A stretch of 64,000 bases of DNA from Candidatus Zixiibacteriota bacterium. Lineage in GTDB: Bacteria; RBG-13-66-14; B26-G2; WVWN01. The translations under genes were made by a program, and so were the position numbers. The notes beneath the pieces are model-generated. The model was not told the origin of the DNA, ran no database searches, and saw only the letters and a program-made list of their open reading frames with translations. Of the stretch, positions 19,632 through 29,372 are shown piece by piece. Each line of letters opens with the position of its first letter. The first letter of the stretch is position 1. The DNA lies in NCBI GenBank assembly GCA_050117845.1, contig JASFLY010000001.1:128001-192000 (forward strand). Reading direction: 5' to 3'.

Positions 19632-20717
19632 TTATTTCTTACCTTTCGGCCCGGACGGGGCCGTGGGGCGACGCTTCCCGGCGCGGGCGGCCGAGGCCCG
19701 GGGGTCATCCCTGTGCTCGGCCTCGTACGCGTCGTACGCGTCCACGACGCTCTGGATAATGGGATGCCGGACGACGTCCCGCCGCGTGAGGTACGCGAAA
19801 TCGATGCCCTCGGTCCCTTTTAGTATATCCTGAATCTCGACCAAGCCCGAGCGCACGTTTTCTTCCAAATCGATCTGAGTGATGTCGCCGGTCACCACGG
19901 CCTTGGAGCCGAAGCCCAGCCGCGTTAAAAACATCTTCATCTGCTCGTAGGTGGTGTTCTGCGCCTCGTCCAGGATTACGAAGGACTCGTTGAGGGTGCG
20001 GCCGCGCATGTACGCCAGCGGTACGACCTCCACCACGCCCCGGTCCATGAGCCGGGTCGTCCGGTCGAAGTCCATCATGTCGTGCAACGCGTCGTAGAGC
20101 GGCCGGAGGTACGGCGCGACCTTATCGGTGAAGTCGCCCGGGAGGTATCCCAGCTTCTCGCCGGCCTCGACCGCCGGCCGCACGAGCACGAGCCGCCGCA
20201 CTTCCTCCCGCATCAGCATATCCACGGCCATGGCCATCGCGACGTAGGTCTTGCCGGTGCCGGCGGGGCCGATGGCAAAAACAATCGTGTGGTCGCGGAT
20301 GCTCTGCGCGTACGCGCGCTGGCCCGGCGTGCGCGGCCGTATGAAGCGGCGCCGCGAGGGAACCGGTATCGCCTCGGAGAGGATTTCCACCAGTTCCGTT
20401 TCGGGGTCCTCGCGGAGGGCGTCGAGGGCGTAGTTTATCTGGGACCCGGCCGCCTCCGGCGCCCCCTCACACGATTCCAGCACGCGTTCGAAGAGGTCGG
20501 CCGTGCGGTCCACCGCTTCCTCGTCCCCGCGGATGACGAGCTCGTTGCCCCGGGCTACTATCTGCACGCCGAACAGCGCCTCGGCCCGTTTGAGGTTCTC
20601 GTCGCCCCGGCCGTAGAAGGCCGCGGCGCGATTGTTATCCGGGATGTACAACCGGGCGGTAAAGACGCCGCCGGTTTCGTATTTCTTTCCGTCCGAGATT
20701 TTCTGGCTCATAATCAT
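19632..20717 (-). CDS. phoH: PhoH-family ATPase
   Basis: GPAGTGKT, RPAVEAGEKLGYLPG, RGRTL, DEAQN, GDITQIDL. Confidence 0.95.
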   Translation of the reverse strand: MIMSQKISDGKKYETGGVFTARLYIPDNNRAAAFYGRGDENLKRAEALFGVQIVARGNELVIRGDEEAVDRTADLFERVLESCEGAPEAAGSQINYALDALREDPETELVEILSEAIPVPSRRRFIRPRTPGQRAYAQSIRDHTIVFAIGPAGTGKTYVAMAMAVDMLMREEVRRLVLVRPAVEAGEKLGYLPGDFTDKVAPYLRPLYDALHDMMDFDRTTRLMDRGVVEVVPLAYMRGRTLNESFVILDEAQNTTYEQMKMFLTRLGFGSKAVVTGDITQIDLEENVRSGLVEIQDILKGTEGIDFAYLTRRDVVRHPIIQSVVDAYDAYEAEHRDDPRASAARAGKRRPTAPSGPKGKK

Positions 20718-20718
20718 T

Positions 20719-21648
20719 TTATTCCGTCGCCGGCGCGACCTCTATTTCGGGAGGAGACACCGAAACCAGCGTTACGTAATCCGGCACTTCGATTTTAACG
20801 GGGTAGCGGCCGCGCCCCCGGGGATAGACCTCCGCCGTCACGCGGCCCAGCGCGGCCAGCCGGCCGGCCTCGCCCTCCACCGTGACCGACACCACGGCCG
20901 GGCTCAAACGGAAGGTTCCGGTCCCGGACCCCCGCGCGCCGACCCGCACCCCCGAGAGGGTCCGGCGCTCGCCGGGGCCCACGGGCACGCTAACGCGGGC
21001 CTCGTCCGCGCCCACCAGCGTTATGCCGGCGGGGGCCTTTATCGGCACGTCGGCCGCGAACGACTCGCTACGCCCCTCGGCGTCCACGATGACGGATACC
21101 GCGCGCACCTTATCGAGCACGGTAACCGACCCGTAGAGGGTGGCCTTGGCCGGCTCGACCGCAGGTATACCCAGGTAATACCCCGAGGCCGGCGTCCCCG
21201 AGAACTCCGCCTTTATGGGAACGCCCTTCGTAATCCGCCGCTCGAGTTCGACCCCTACCGTACGGTCGCTCAATATCTCCTCGACCGTAACGTCGCGGCC
21301 GCCGGAGTAAACCACGTCGGACGGCGTGAGCGCGATGGTATGGGTCCCGGCGTCCCGGCCGGAGACGTTGACCATAACCTTGAAGTCCGCCTCCCGAACG
21401 CGGAACAGGTCCCGGCCCTTGCCCGCCACGCGGACCGAAACGCTGTCCGGCGTGGGGCCGCCGACCGTTACGCCCTCCGGCACGCCCTCGAGCTCCACGG
21501 GCGCCTCTATTTCGCGGTAGGCGACGCGGCCGCTCATGATGAAGACCCAGAACAGCACCGCCAGGATGAACGCCAGTATCTTGAGGCCGGCGTTCCCGAA
21601 GAGGCGCCGGAAGCGCCCCCGTAGTTCCATTCCCATGCGCCGGGGCAT
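20719..21648 (-). CDS. YbbR/CdaR-like regulator of diadenylate cyclase
   Basis: NAGLKILAFILAVLFWVFI followed by YbbR-type repeats; lies directly after cdaA. Start reassigned to 21648 (or 21630). Confidence 0.88.
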   Translation of the reverse strand: MPRRMGMELRGRFRRLFGNAGLKILAFILAVLFWVFIMSGRVAYREIEAPVELEGVPEGVTVGGPTPDSVSVRVAGKGRDLFRVREADFKVMVNVSGRDAGTHTIALTPSDVVYSGGRDVTVEEILSDRTVGVELERRITKGVPIKAEFSGTPASGYYLGIPAVEPAKATLYGSVTVLDKVRAVSVIVDAEGRSESFAADVPIKAPAGITLVGADEARVSVPVGPGERRTLSGVRVGARGSGTGTFRLSPAVVSVTVEGEAGRLAALGRVTAEVYPRGRGRYPVKIEVPDYVTLVSVSPPEIEVAPATE

Positions 21649-21656
21649 GACTTTTT

Positions 21657-22406
21657 CTACAACCTGCCTTTTAAATAATCCAACAGCGACGCCTTGAGGT
21701 CGTCGATGGCGGCGACGGGTTTCAGGGCCCCGTCCGCCGCGATGGAGACACGGCCGCTCTCTTCCGACACGACGATGACGACGGCGTCCGTGACCTCGGT
21801 GATGCCCAGGGCCGCGCGGTGCCGGGCCCCGCGGCTCTTGGATACCTCCGGGTTCTCGGTCAAGGGCAGCATCACGGCCGCCGCGGCGACGCGGTCGCCC
21901 TCGACGATGGCCGCGCCGTCGTGGAGCGGCGAGTGGCCCTCGAATATCGCGCCCAACAGTTCGCGCGAGATCTCGCTGTTCAGGCGCACGCCGCGCTCGA
22001 CGTAGTTGCCCAGCGGCACCGTGCGCTCGAAGACGAGGAGCGCGCCCACGCGGGTCGCGGCGAACTCGAACATCGTGTTGACGACGACGTCGATGGTCGT
22101 TTCCTTTCGGCCCAGCACGGCCCTCACCAGCCGGTTCTTGCCCAAAAGGCCCAGGGCCTTCCGGATCTCGGGCTGGAAGACGATTATGGCGGCGATGAAC
22201 CACACCGCCCGCAGGTGCTCGAAGAACCAGTTTATCGAGTGCAGGTCGAAGAGCGACGCGACCGCCGCCACCGCGGCCAGTATGACCACGCCCGCCGCCA
22301 TCGGCGCCGCCGGCGTCCCTTTGACGAGCAGCATCAACCGGTAGATGACGAACGCCATCACCAGGATGTCCACCGCGTCTTGCACTCTGAAGGTCAGTCC
22401 GAACAT
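21657..22406 (-). CDS. cdaA: Diadenylate cyclase CdaA
   Basis: Three TMs, IVFQPEIR, SPLHDGA, GARHRAALG, VVSEESG. Confidence 0.95.
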   Translation of the reverse strand: MFGLTFRVQDAVDILVMAFVIYRLMLLVKGTPAAPMAAGVVILAAVAAVASLFDLHSINWFFEHLRAVWFIAAIIVFQPEIRKALGLLGKNRLVRAVLGRKETTIDVVVNTMFEFAATRVGALLVFERTVPLGNYVERGVRLNSEISRELLGAIFEGHSPLHDGAAIVEGDRVAAAAVMLPLTENPEVSKSRGARHRAALGITEVTDAVVIVVSEESGRVSIAADGALKPVAAIDDLKASLLDYLKGRL

Positions 22407-22413
22407 ATCGCCT

Positions 22414-23616
22414 TTACGCCCCGCTCACCGCCGCGGCTACCGCGAGCGCCTGCGCCGTCTCGGCCACGTCGTGGACCCGGAGGACGTGGGCCCCGCGGCC
22501 CGCGGCCGCGAGCGCAGCCCCCAGCGAACCGCCGAGGCGGCCTTCCACCTCCGCGCCGGTCAATATACCTATAAACGCCTTACGTGAATGCCCTATTACC
22601 ACCGGATAGCCGAGGTCCGCCAGCGCCGGGATATTATTGAGAAGTTTCAGGTTGTGCTCGAGCGTCTTGCCGAAGCCGATGCCCGGGTCGATAAGGACCT
22701 GCGCGACGCCCTGCGCCGTCGCCCACTCCGCCCGGGCCGCCAGGAAGTCCCGCACCTCCGCCACGACGTCGCCGTACGTCGGGTCGTCCTGCATGTCGGC
22801 GGGCGTGCCGCGCATGTGCATTACCACGTACGGCAGGGCGAACTCGGCGCAGACCTCGGCAATCGCCGGGTCGTCCCGGCCGGCCGAGATGTCGTTAACC
22901 ATCGCCGCGCCGACCTCCGCGGCCCGGCGGGCCACCGCGGCCCGGCGGGTATCCACCGATACCGGGAAGTCCTCCGCCACGGCCTCCAGCACCGGCATAA
23001 CGCGGCCGAGTTCCTCCTCTTCGGAGACGTAGGCCGAACCGGGCCGGCTGGACTCGCCCCCGACGTCGACTATATCCGCACCCTGATCGCGCAACCGCCG
23101 GGCGTGCGCCGCCGCGGCCTCCGGCGCCGCGAACGCGCCGCCGTCCGAGAACGAGTCCGGCGTGACGTTGACGATCCCCATCACGAGGGAACGTTCGAGC
23201 GTTATCGCCTCGCCGCGGAGCGTGAGTTCGGGTACGGCCTCCCACGAGGCCACGGCCCGCGCTATCCCTTTCCCCAGTTCGGTAAGGCCGAAGGCCTGGC
23301 CGTCCAGCTTGCGGGCCACGAGGCCGAGCTGGGCGGCGGTGCCGAATAAAAGGGCGTCGCTCTGGGGCACCCGGCAGACGACCGCGTCTCGATGGACCGC
23401 GGCCTCGGCGCCCGAAGACAACGCCACTTGTTTCACGATATTGGCGGCGGCCGGATGGATATTCGTTACGCGGACCGCCCGGGCGGAGAACTTGGCCGCC
23501 ATGATGTCCACGCCCGCCGGGGCGACGCCGATTTCGGCCATCAGGGCCCGCGCCTGAGCCGGCGAGTCGAACCACACGCTCCGGACCGTAATCGAACCGT
23601 CGTTATCGTCCGTCAT
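22414..23616 (-). CDS. folP: Dihydropteroate synthase with N-terminal extension
   Basis: MGIVNVTPDSFSDGG, GGESSRPG, DPGIGFGK, SRK, RVHDV; about 130-aa extra N-terminal domain. Confidence 0.95.
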   Translation of the reverse strand: MTDDNDGSITVRSVWFDSPAQARALMAEIGVAPAGVDIMAAKFSARAVRVTNIHPAAANIVKQVALSSGAEAAVHRDAVVCRVPQSDALLFGTAAQLGLVARKLDGQAFGLTELGKGIARAVASWEAVPELTLRGEAITLERSLVMGIVNVTPDSFSDGGAFAAPEAAAAHARRLRDQGADIVDVGGESSRPGSAYVSEEEELGRVMPVLEAVAEDFPVSVDTRRAAVARRAAEVGAAMVNDISAGRDDPAIAEVCAEFALPYVVMHMRGTPADMQDDPTYGDVVAEVRDFLAARAEWATAQGVAQVLIDPGIGFGKTLEHNLKLLNNIPALADLGYPVVIGHSRKAFIGILTGAEVEGRLGGSLGAALAAAGRGAHVLRVHDVAETAQALAVAAAVSGA

Positions 23617-25547
23617 TATGTTTCGAGAGCCGGTTCGGCCCCGGGGACGTCCCGCGTCCTTTCAGCCGCCTCCTTTGCCCGGCTTTTGTCGCGCTCTTTT
23701 TTCTTGGCGGGCCGCTTCGAGAAAGGCGGTAATTCCTCGCCGGCCAGGAGCTTGTCTATCTCGTCGCCGGTCAGCGTTTCCCGCTCCAATAACTCTTCCG
23801 CGATAATCTCGAGCTTCTTTTTATTCTTCTTAAGGAGACGAGCCGCCCGGTCGTAGGCCTCTTCCACCAGGCGTCGGATCTCGGCGTCGATGGCCTGGGC
23901 GGTCTCTTCCGAATAGTCGCGGTGTTGGGCTATCTCGCGGCCCAGGAATATGGCTTCCTCGCGCCGCCCGAAGGCCACCGGCCCGAGTTGCTCGCTCATG
24001 CCCCAGTCGCATATCATCTTGCGGGCCAGGTCGGTGGCGCGTTCGATGTCGTTCCCGGCGCCGGAGGTCTCCTGGTCGAACACGAGCATTTCGGCCGCCC
24101 GGCCGCCCAGCATATGGTCGAGGAGCACCCGGCAGTACTCCTTGGAGTACATGTGCTTCTCTTCCTCGGGCAGGGACTGCGTGAGGCCCAGCGCCATGCC
24201 GCGCGGGATAATCGTCACCTTGTGCACCGGGTCCGAGCCGGGCGTGAGCTTGGCCACCAGCGCGTGGCCTACTTCGTGGTAGGCCGCTATCTTCTTCTCT
24301 TCCTCGCTTATGACGTGGCTCTTGCGCTCCGGCCCCATCATGACCTTGTCGCGGGCGTCCTCCATATCCACCTGGGTGACGGCCGTGCGGTCCCGCCGGG
24401 CGGCGAGAAGCGCGGCCTCGTTCACCAGGTTCGCCAGGTCGGCCCCGGAGAAGTACGGCGTCCCCCGGGCGACGAGTTCGAGGTCGACGTCGTCGTCCAG
24501 CGGTATCTCGCGGGTGTGCACTTCCAGGATGCCGAGGCGCCCCTTGAGGTCGGGCCGGTCCACCACGACGGTCCGGTCGAAGCGGCCGGGCCTGAGCAGC
24601 GCCGGGTCGAGGACGTCGGGGCGGTTTGTCGCGGACAGCAGGATTACGCCGTCGTTGCTCTCGAAACCGTCCATCTCGACCAGGAGCTGGTTCAGCGTTT
24701 GCTCGCGTTCGTCGTGGCCTCCGCCCAGCCCCGCGCCGCGCAGGCGGCCCACGGCGTCCAGCTCGTCGATGAAGACGATGCAGGGGGCGTGCTTCTTGGC
24801 CTCGTCGAAGAGGTCCCGGACGCGGGCCGCGCCCACGCCCACGAACATCTCGACGAAGTCGGAGCCGGAGATGGAGAGGAACGGCACGCCGGCCTCGCCG
24901 GCCACCGCCCGGCCCATCAGCGTCTTGCCGGATCCCGGCGGCCCCACCAGGAGCACGCCCTTGGGAATCTTGCCGCCGAGCTTCTGGAACTTGCGCGGGT
25001 CCTTGAGGAACTCGATTATCTCCTGCAGTTCCTCCTTGGCCTCCTCGGCCCCGGCCACGTCCTCGAAGGTCACCTTCTGCTTGCCCTCGTCGAAGAGGCG
25101 GGCCCTGCTCTTGCCGAATTGCATGGCCTTGTTATTCGGGCTCTGCATCCGCCGGAAGAGCCATATGAAGAAGGCGAACAAGAGGACGTACGGCCCCACC
25201 GAGACGAGAATCGTGAACCAGAGGGACTTGGAGTCCTGGGTATCGACCTTGACGCCGGCGTCCTCGAGTTTCTTGACGAACTCGGAGTCCACGACGGGCG
25301 CCTGGGTCTTGAATTTCGTGAACGGCTTGGCGTCGCCTTCGGTGCGGGCTTCCTTGCTCAACTCGCCGGTGATCTTGTTCTCCTGGAGTACTACCTCGGT
25401 CACGATGCCCTTGGCCAGAAGTTCGTTGAACTTCCAGTAGGGTATCTTCGCCACCCGTTCGGACTTCATAACGAAGAATTGATACACCGTCGCGACGGCG
25501 AGTATTATAATAATCCACGGGAGTAGGCCCCGTAATACGCGCTTCAT
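23616..25547 (-). CDS. ftsH: ATP-dependent zinc metalloprotease FtsH
   Basis: Two TMs, [34 protein letters not shown]. Confidence 0.98.
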   Translation of the reverse strand: MKRVLRGLLPWIIIILAVATVYQFFVMKSERVAKIPYWKFNELLAKGIVTEVVLQENKITGELSKEARTEGDAKPFTKFKTQAPVVDSEFVKKLEDAGVKVDTQDSKSLWFTILVSVGPYVLLFAFFIWLFRRMQSPNNKAMQFGKSRARLFDEGKQKVTFEDVAGAEEAKEELQEIIEFLKDPRKFQKLGGKIPKGVLLVGPPGSGKTLMGRAVAGEAGVPFLSISGSDFVEMFVGVGAARVRDLFDEAKKHAPCIVFIDELDAVGRLRGAGLGGGHDEREQTLNQLLVEMDGFESNDGVILLSATNRPDVLDPALLRPGRFDRTVVVDRPDLKGRLGILEVHTREIPLDDDVDLELVARGTPYFSGADLANLVNEAALLAARRDRTAVTQVDMEDARDKVMMGPERKSHVISEEEKKIAAYHEVGHALVAKLTPGSDPVHKVTIIPRGMALGLTQSLPEEEKHMYSKEYCRVLLDHMLGGRAAEMLVFDQETSGAGNDIERATDLARKMICDWGMSEQLGPVAFGRREEAIFLGREIAQHRDYSEETAQAIDAEIRRLVEEAYDRAARLLKKNKKKLEIIAEELLERETLTGDEIDKLLAGEELPPFSKRPAKKKERDKSRAKEAAERTRDVPGAEPALET

Positions 25548-25739
25548 TAAAACCTCCTACGAACGGCGACGCGGCCGTTCGTTATTATCTTAATTTATCC
25601 CGATTAATACTACCACATCCGAAAGTTTAAAACAACGGATTTCGGGGCGGCCGCCGCCCGGGAACGCCGACGCCGGCCCCGCTAAAGCCTTGGACGTACC
25701 TCCGGGGTCAACGGTTTATATTACTCCTTAAAAGATATA

Positions 25740-25768
25740 TTGACACCGTTATAGGCCGATGTTATAAG
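25740..25768 (+). promoter_or_regulatory. sigma70-type promoter of the acyl-CoA operon
   Basis: TTGACA-17 nt-TATAAG with TGn, in the divergent ftsH/cobO spacer. Confidence 0.6.
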
Positions 25769-25870
25769 AAAATCCCTTCCCGGCCCCAAAAGCGGGCGTG
25801 GAACGGCTCAAGAGGAAGGGCGGGCCGGCCCGGCCGGCCTTTAACATCCCCCCAGCAACGGAAAAACGAT

Positions 25871-26398
25871 ATGCTAGGTGCACCGGGTACCGTTCAGGTT
25901 TATACGGGCGACGGCAAGGGCAAAACCACCGCCGCGCTGGGCCTCGGCCTGCGCGCCTGGGGCCACGGCGCCCGCGTCCTCGTCATCCAGTACATGAAAG
26001 GCCGCATCAACTACGGCGAGCTGGAGGCGGCCCGCAAGCTCGACGGCTTCGACATAGAGCAGTACGGCCGGGAGACCTTCGTGAACAGGGAGAACCCGGC
26101 CGAGGAGGACGTGGCCTTCGCCCGGGCGGCGCTGGCCCGGTCCCGGGAGGTCGTCGCCGGCGGGGAGTACGACCTCGTTGTGCTGGACGAGGTCAACGTC
26201 GCCGCCGACTACGGCCTGGTGACGATAGACGAAATACTGGAAGTCATCGCACGCAAAGCTCCGGAGACGGAGCTTATTTTGACCGGACGGGAAGCCCCGG
26301 CCGAATTCCGGGAAGCCGCGGACCTCGTGAGCGAGGTGCGGGAAGTCAAACACCATTACCGCATAGGCGTGCCGGCCCGGAAAGGCATCGAATTTTAA
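25871..26398 (+). CDS. cobO: Cob(I)alamin adenosyltransferase (CobA/CobO/BtuR type)
   Basis: YTGDGKGKTTAALG, LVVLDE, LILTGR, ADLVSE, KH..GIEF. Confidence 0.95.
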   Translation: MLGAPGTVQVYTGDGKGKTTAALGLGLRAWGHGARVLVIQYMKGRINYGELEAARKLDGFDIEQYGRETFVNRENPAEEDVAFARAALARSREVVAGGEYDLVVLDEVNVAADYGLVTIDEILEVIARKAPETELILTGREAPAEFREAADLVSEVREVKHHYRIGVPARKGIEF

Positions 26399-26405
26399 TA
26401 AACTT
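26396..26405 (+). repeat. 10-bp direct repeat TAATAAACTT, left copy (contains the cobO stop)
   Basis: Identical to 27185-27194. Confidence 0.7.
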
Positions 26406-26434
26406 CTTCATTGTATTGAGGAGGGTAATTCGGG

Positions 26435-27187
26435 ATGGAAAAGTGGGTTTTATACTCGCAAATACTCGGGCCATTCGTCGCGCTACTTGCCGTATTAGTG
26501 GCGGCCTATTATGCATGGCAAGCTAGGAAACAAGCGAAGGAAGCGCGAAAACAAGCCGTAGCGACGAAAGACCTAGTATTACAAGGAGAGCGGAGTTTCG
26601 CCCCCAACGCTGTAGGGCGCATTTACGCCCCCGAAGTACAAAGACCGTTCATCGCGGGTAAATTTATACGTGCCGACATTTTGTTTTCATGGCGCAACGA
26701 TGTGGCAGACATCAGGATATTACTAGAAAACCTTTCAAACGGTATTTCGGAATTCGAGTTAACCATATTTCCTTGGCTCGAATTCGACGACGGTACGAAA
26801 GTAGGTTTCGAAAAAAACGTAACGGAACCCCTTTATAGAGGGATAGGAGTACATTACCTTCTCGTGGGCGAAACAATCGACGCTCACTTCCACATTAATT
26901 TTAAACAGATAACGATTACCCGGCCGCAAAAAAACGAAACGACAGAAGAAGATGTCGAAGCGGAAGAAAAAACCGCAATCGAAAACGAATTCTTAAAAAA
27001 TATATGCCTCGGCGGTTGTAGGTTACACATCGAAGTATTTATAGATTATACAAATGAAAAAGAGTTTAAAGTCGATAGGTTCTTCGAACACTACTATTCG
27101 GGCGATCACATTAGATACGGTGGCGGAGACGAAGCGTACGGAGAATGGATATACGGCGGTAGAAGTAAAACGCCGAAACACCCGTAA
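26435..27187 (+). CDS. AT-rich hypothetical protein with N-terminal membrane anchor
   Basis: 250-aa ORF with SD GAGGAGG; N-terminal TM then a coiled segment; composition visibly more AT-rich than its neighbours. Confidence 0.75.
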   Translation: MEKWVLYSQILGPFVALLAVLVAAYYAWQARKQAKEARKQAVATKDLVLQGERSFAPNAVGRIYAPEVQRPFIAGKFIRADILFSWRNDVADIRILLENLSNGISEFELTIFPWLEFDDGTKVGFEKNVTEPLYRGIGVHYLLVGETIDAHFHINFKQITITRPQKNETTEEDVEAEEKTAIENEFLKNICLGGCRLHIEVFIDYTNEKEFKVDRFFEHYYSGDHIRYGGGDEAYGEWIYGGRSKTPKHP

Positions 27188-27194
27188 TAAACTT
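27185..27194 (+). repeat. 10-bp direct repeat TAATAAACTT, right copy (contains the stop of the inserted gene)
   Basis: Identical to 26396-26405. Confidence 0.7.
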
Positions 27195-27203
27195 GGTTCT
27201 AAA

Positions 27204-28172
27204 TTGAATAAAACCACGGCTCGAGTTAAAGAAAAGCTTTTAGAACGCTTCCTGGCCGGCGACCGCGTGGCCCTGGCCCGGGCCATCTCCGCGGTGGAGG
27301 ACGAGGCCGACGGGTACCGGGACTTCCTGCGCGAGGTCTACTCCCGGGCGGGCGGCGCGTACCTTCTGGGCATGACGGGCCCCCCCGGGGCCGGGAAGTC
27401 CACGCTGGTCTCCCGCCTCGCGGCCCTTTACGCCGACCGGGGCCGGAGCGTGGGCGTCGTCGCCGTGGACCCCACGAGCCCCTTCACGGGCGGGGCCCTC
27501 TTGGGCGACCGCATCCGGATGCACGAACTCTCGGGCAACGAGCGCGTCTTCATCCGGAGCATGGCGACCCGCGGCAGCCTGGGCGGCCTGGCCAAGGCCA
27601 CCGGCGAGGTGGCGCTGACCATGGACGCCTTCGGCCTCGACCTCGTCATCATCGAGACCGTGGGCGTGGGCCAGAGCGAACTCGACGTCGCCAGCTCGGC
27701 CGACACCACCGTCGTGGTGGTCGTCCCCGAATCGGGCGACTCGGTGCAGGCCATGAAGGCCGGCCTTATGGAAATCGCCGACGTCCTGGTGGTCAACAAG
27801 GCCGACCGGGACGGCGCCGACCACATGGCCCGCGAACTCGCCGTCACGGTCGAACTCAAGCCGGAGGACGGGTGGCGGCCGCCTATTTTGATGTCGGTGG
27901 CGACGGAGGGCCGGGGGGTGGAGGACGTCGCCGCGGCGGTGGCCGAACACCGGGCGCACATGGAGGAGTCGGGCGGGTTCGAGGCCCGGCGCCGGGGGCG
28001 GGTTCGCCGCCAGCTCGAGGAACTTCTGGACTACGAATTCAAACGTTCGTGCCGGGCCGTGCCCAACTACGAGGAATTGATGGAAGGGCTTGTCGCCGAC
28101 GTGCAGGAAGGCCGCCTGACGCCCTACGAAGCCTCGGCCGAACTTTATCGCAAGGTATCAAAGAACCCCTAG
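27204..28172 (+). CDS. meaB: Methylmalonyl-CoA mutase-associated GTPase
   Basis: GPPGAGKST, DPTSPFTGGALLGDRIRM, IETVGVGQSE, NKAD. Start probably the TTG at 27204; the longer ORF overlaps the AT-rich gene. Confidence 0.94.
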   Translation: MNKTTARVKEKLLERFLAGDRVALARAISAVEDEADGYRDFLREVYSRAGGAYLLGMTGPPGAGKSTLVSRLAALYADRGRSVGVVAVDPTSPFTGGALLGDRIRMHELSGNERVFIRSMATRGSLGGLAKATGEVALTMDAFGLDLVIIETVGVGQSELDVASSADTTVVVVVPESGDSVQAMKAGLMEIADVLVVNKADRDGADHMARELAVTVELKPEDGWRPPILMSVATEGRGVEDVAAAVAEHRAHMEESGGFEARRRGRVRRQLEELLDYEFKRSCRAVPNYEELMEGLVADVQEGRLTPYEASAELYRKVSKNP

Positions 28173-28190
28173 CCGCGAGGAGGAGCAAAG

Positions 28191-29342
28191 ATGACCTGGA
28201 ACTGGGACCCCTCCCAAGAAGAAATCCGCGAAATGGCCCGGGCCTTCACCGCGAAGCACGTCGACCCGGTCAGCCAGCAGCTCGACCGCCGGCCTCCGGA
28301 GTTCCCGGAGGACGTATACCAGGCGATGGCGAAGGAAGGGTTTATGGGTTACCCTTCCGCCCCGGCGTACGGCGGCCAGGGGAAGAACAAACTGCTCTAC
28401 GCCACGCTTATCGAGGAAATATCCTACGCCGACCCGGCCATAGGCATCGTGATGGCGGTACAGGTCCTGGCCTCGTATCCCATCGAGAAGTTCGGCACCG
28501 AGGAACAGAAAAAGAAGTACCTCACGCGGATGAACGCCGGCGAGCTGCACGGCGCCTTCGCCCTCACCGAACCGAACGCCGGCTCCGACGCCGCCGCCCA
28601 GGAGGCCACCGCCACGCTCGACGGCGACCACTACATCCTCAACGGCGAGAAGATATTCATCACCTCCGGAAACGTCGCCGACGTGGTGGTAGTAATCTGC
28701 AAGGCCAACACCGCGGAAGCCCCGGACAAATTCAAGGTCTCCGCGCTCATCTTCGACAACCCCGACGACCCCGGCTACTCCACCGAAATCCTGAAATACA
28801 AAATGGGCATCCGGGCCTCGACGACCGCCCGCCTCTACTTCAAGGACGTCAAGGTCCCGAAGGAGAATCTGCTGGGCGACCACGGCAAGGGCTTCCGCAT
28901 CGCGCTGAATACGCTGGACGGCGCCCGCGTGGGCGTGGCGGCGCAGTCGCTCGGGATTTGCCAGAAGGCCTTCGACCTCGCCCAGGCTTACGCCAAGGAG
29001 CGCGAGCAGTTCGGCTCGCCCATCGCCAAGCTCCAGGCCATCCAGTGGATGATCGCCGACATGTCGTGCCGGCTCGAGGCCGCGCGGCTCTTAACCTACA
29101 AGGCCGCCGTCATAGAGGCCTCGGGCGAACCGGTGGGCCTCCAGGCCGCGCAGGCCAAACTCTACGCCTCCGAGGCGGCGAACTTCTGCGTCGATAAGTG
29201 CATGCAGATCCACGCCGGTTACGGCTACATCGGCGACTTTTCCCGGGTGGAACAGCTCTACCGGGACCAGCGCATCACCGAGATTTACGAGGGCACGTCG
29301 GAGGTCCAGCGGCTCGTCATCGCGGGGCACCTCCTGCGCTAA
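28191..29342 (+). CDS. Short/branched-chain acyl-CoA dehydrogenase
   Basis: FALTEPNAGSD, NGEKIFIT, KMGIRAS, REQFG, TEIYEGTSEVQRLVI. Confidence 0.95.
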   Translation: MTWNWDPSQEEIREMARAFTAKHVDPVSQQLDRRPPEFPEDVYQAMAKEGFMGYPSAPAYGGQGKNKLLYATLIEEISYADPAIGIVMAVQVLASYPIEKFGTEEQKKKYLTRMNAGELHGAFALTEPNAGSDAAAQEATATLDGDHYILNGEKIFITSGNVADVVVVICKANTAEAPDKFKVSALIFDNPDDPGYSTEILKYKMGIRASTTARLYFKDVKVPKENLLGDHGKGFRIALNTLDGARVGVAAQSLGICQKAFDLAQAYAKEREQFGSPIAKLQAIQWMIADMSCRLEAARLLTYKAAVIEASGEPVGLQAAQAKLYASEAANFCVDKCMQIHAGYGYIGDFSRVEQLYRDQRITEIYEGTSEVQRLVIAGHLLR

Positions 29343-29372
29343 TCGTCCTTTCCCGAAGCGGGGTCGTTTATT

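Noticed and set aside
25770..25870. Possible cobalamin riboswitch upstream of cobO
   Set aside because: The leader is only about 100 nt with a CCCTTCC/GGAAGGG pairing, and lacks the B12-box and other conserved cobalamin riboswitch elements.
27054..27203. N-terminal extension of MeaB
   Set aside because: It overlaps the AT-rich inserted gene in another frame; MeaB similarity begins after about 27204.
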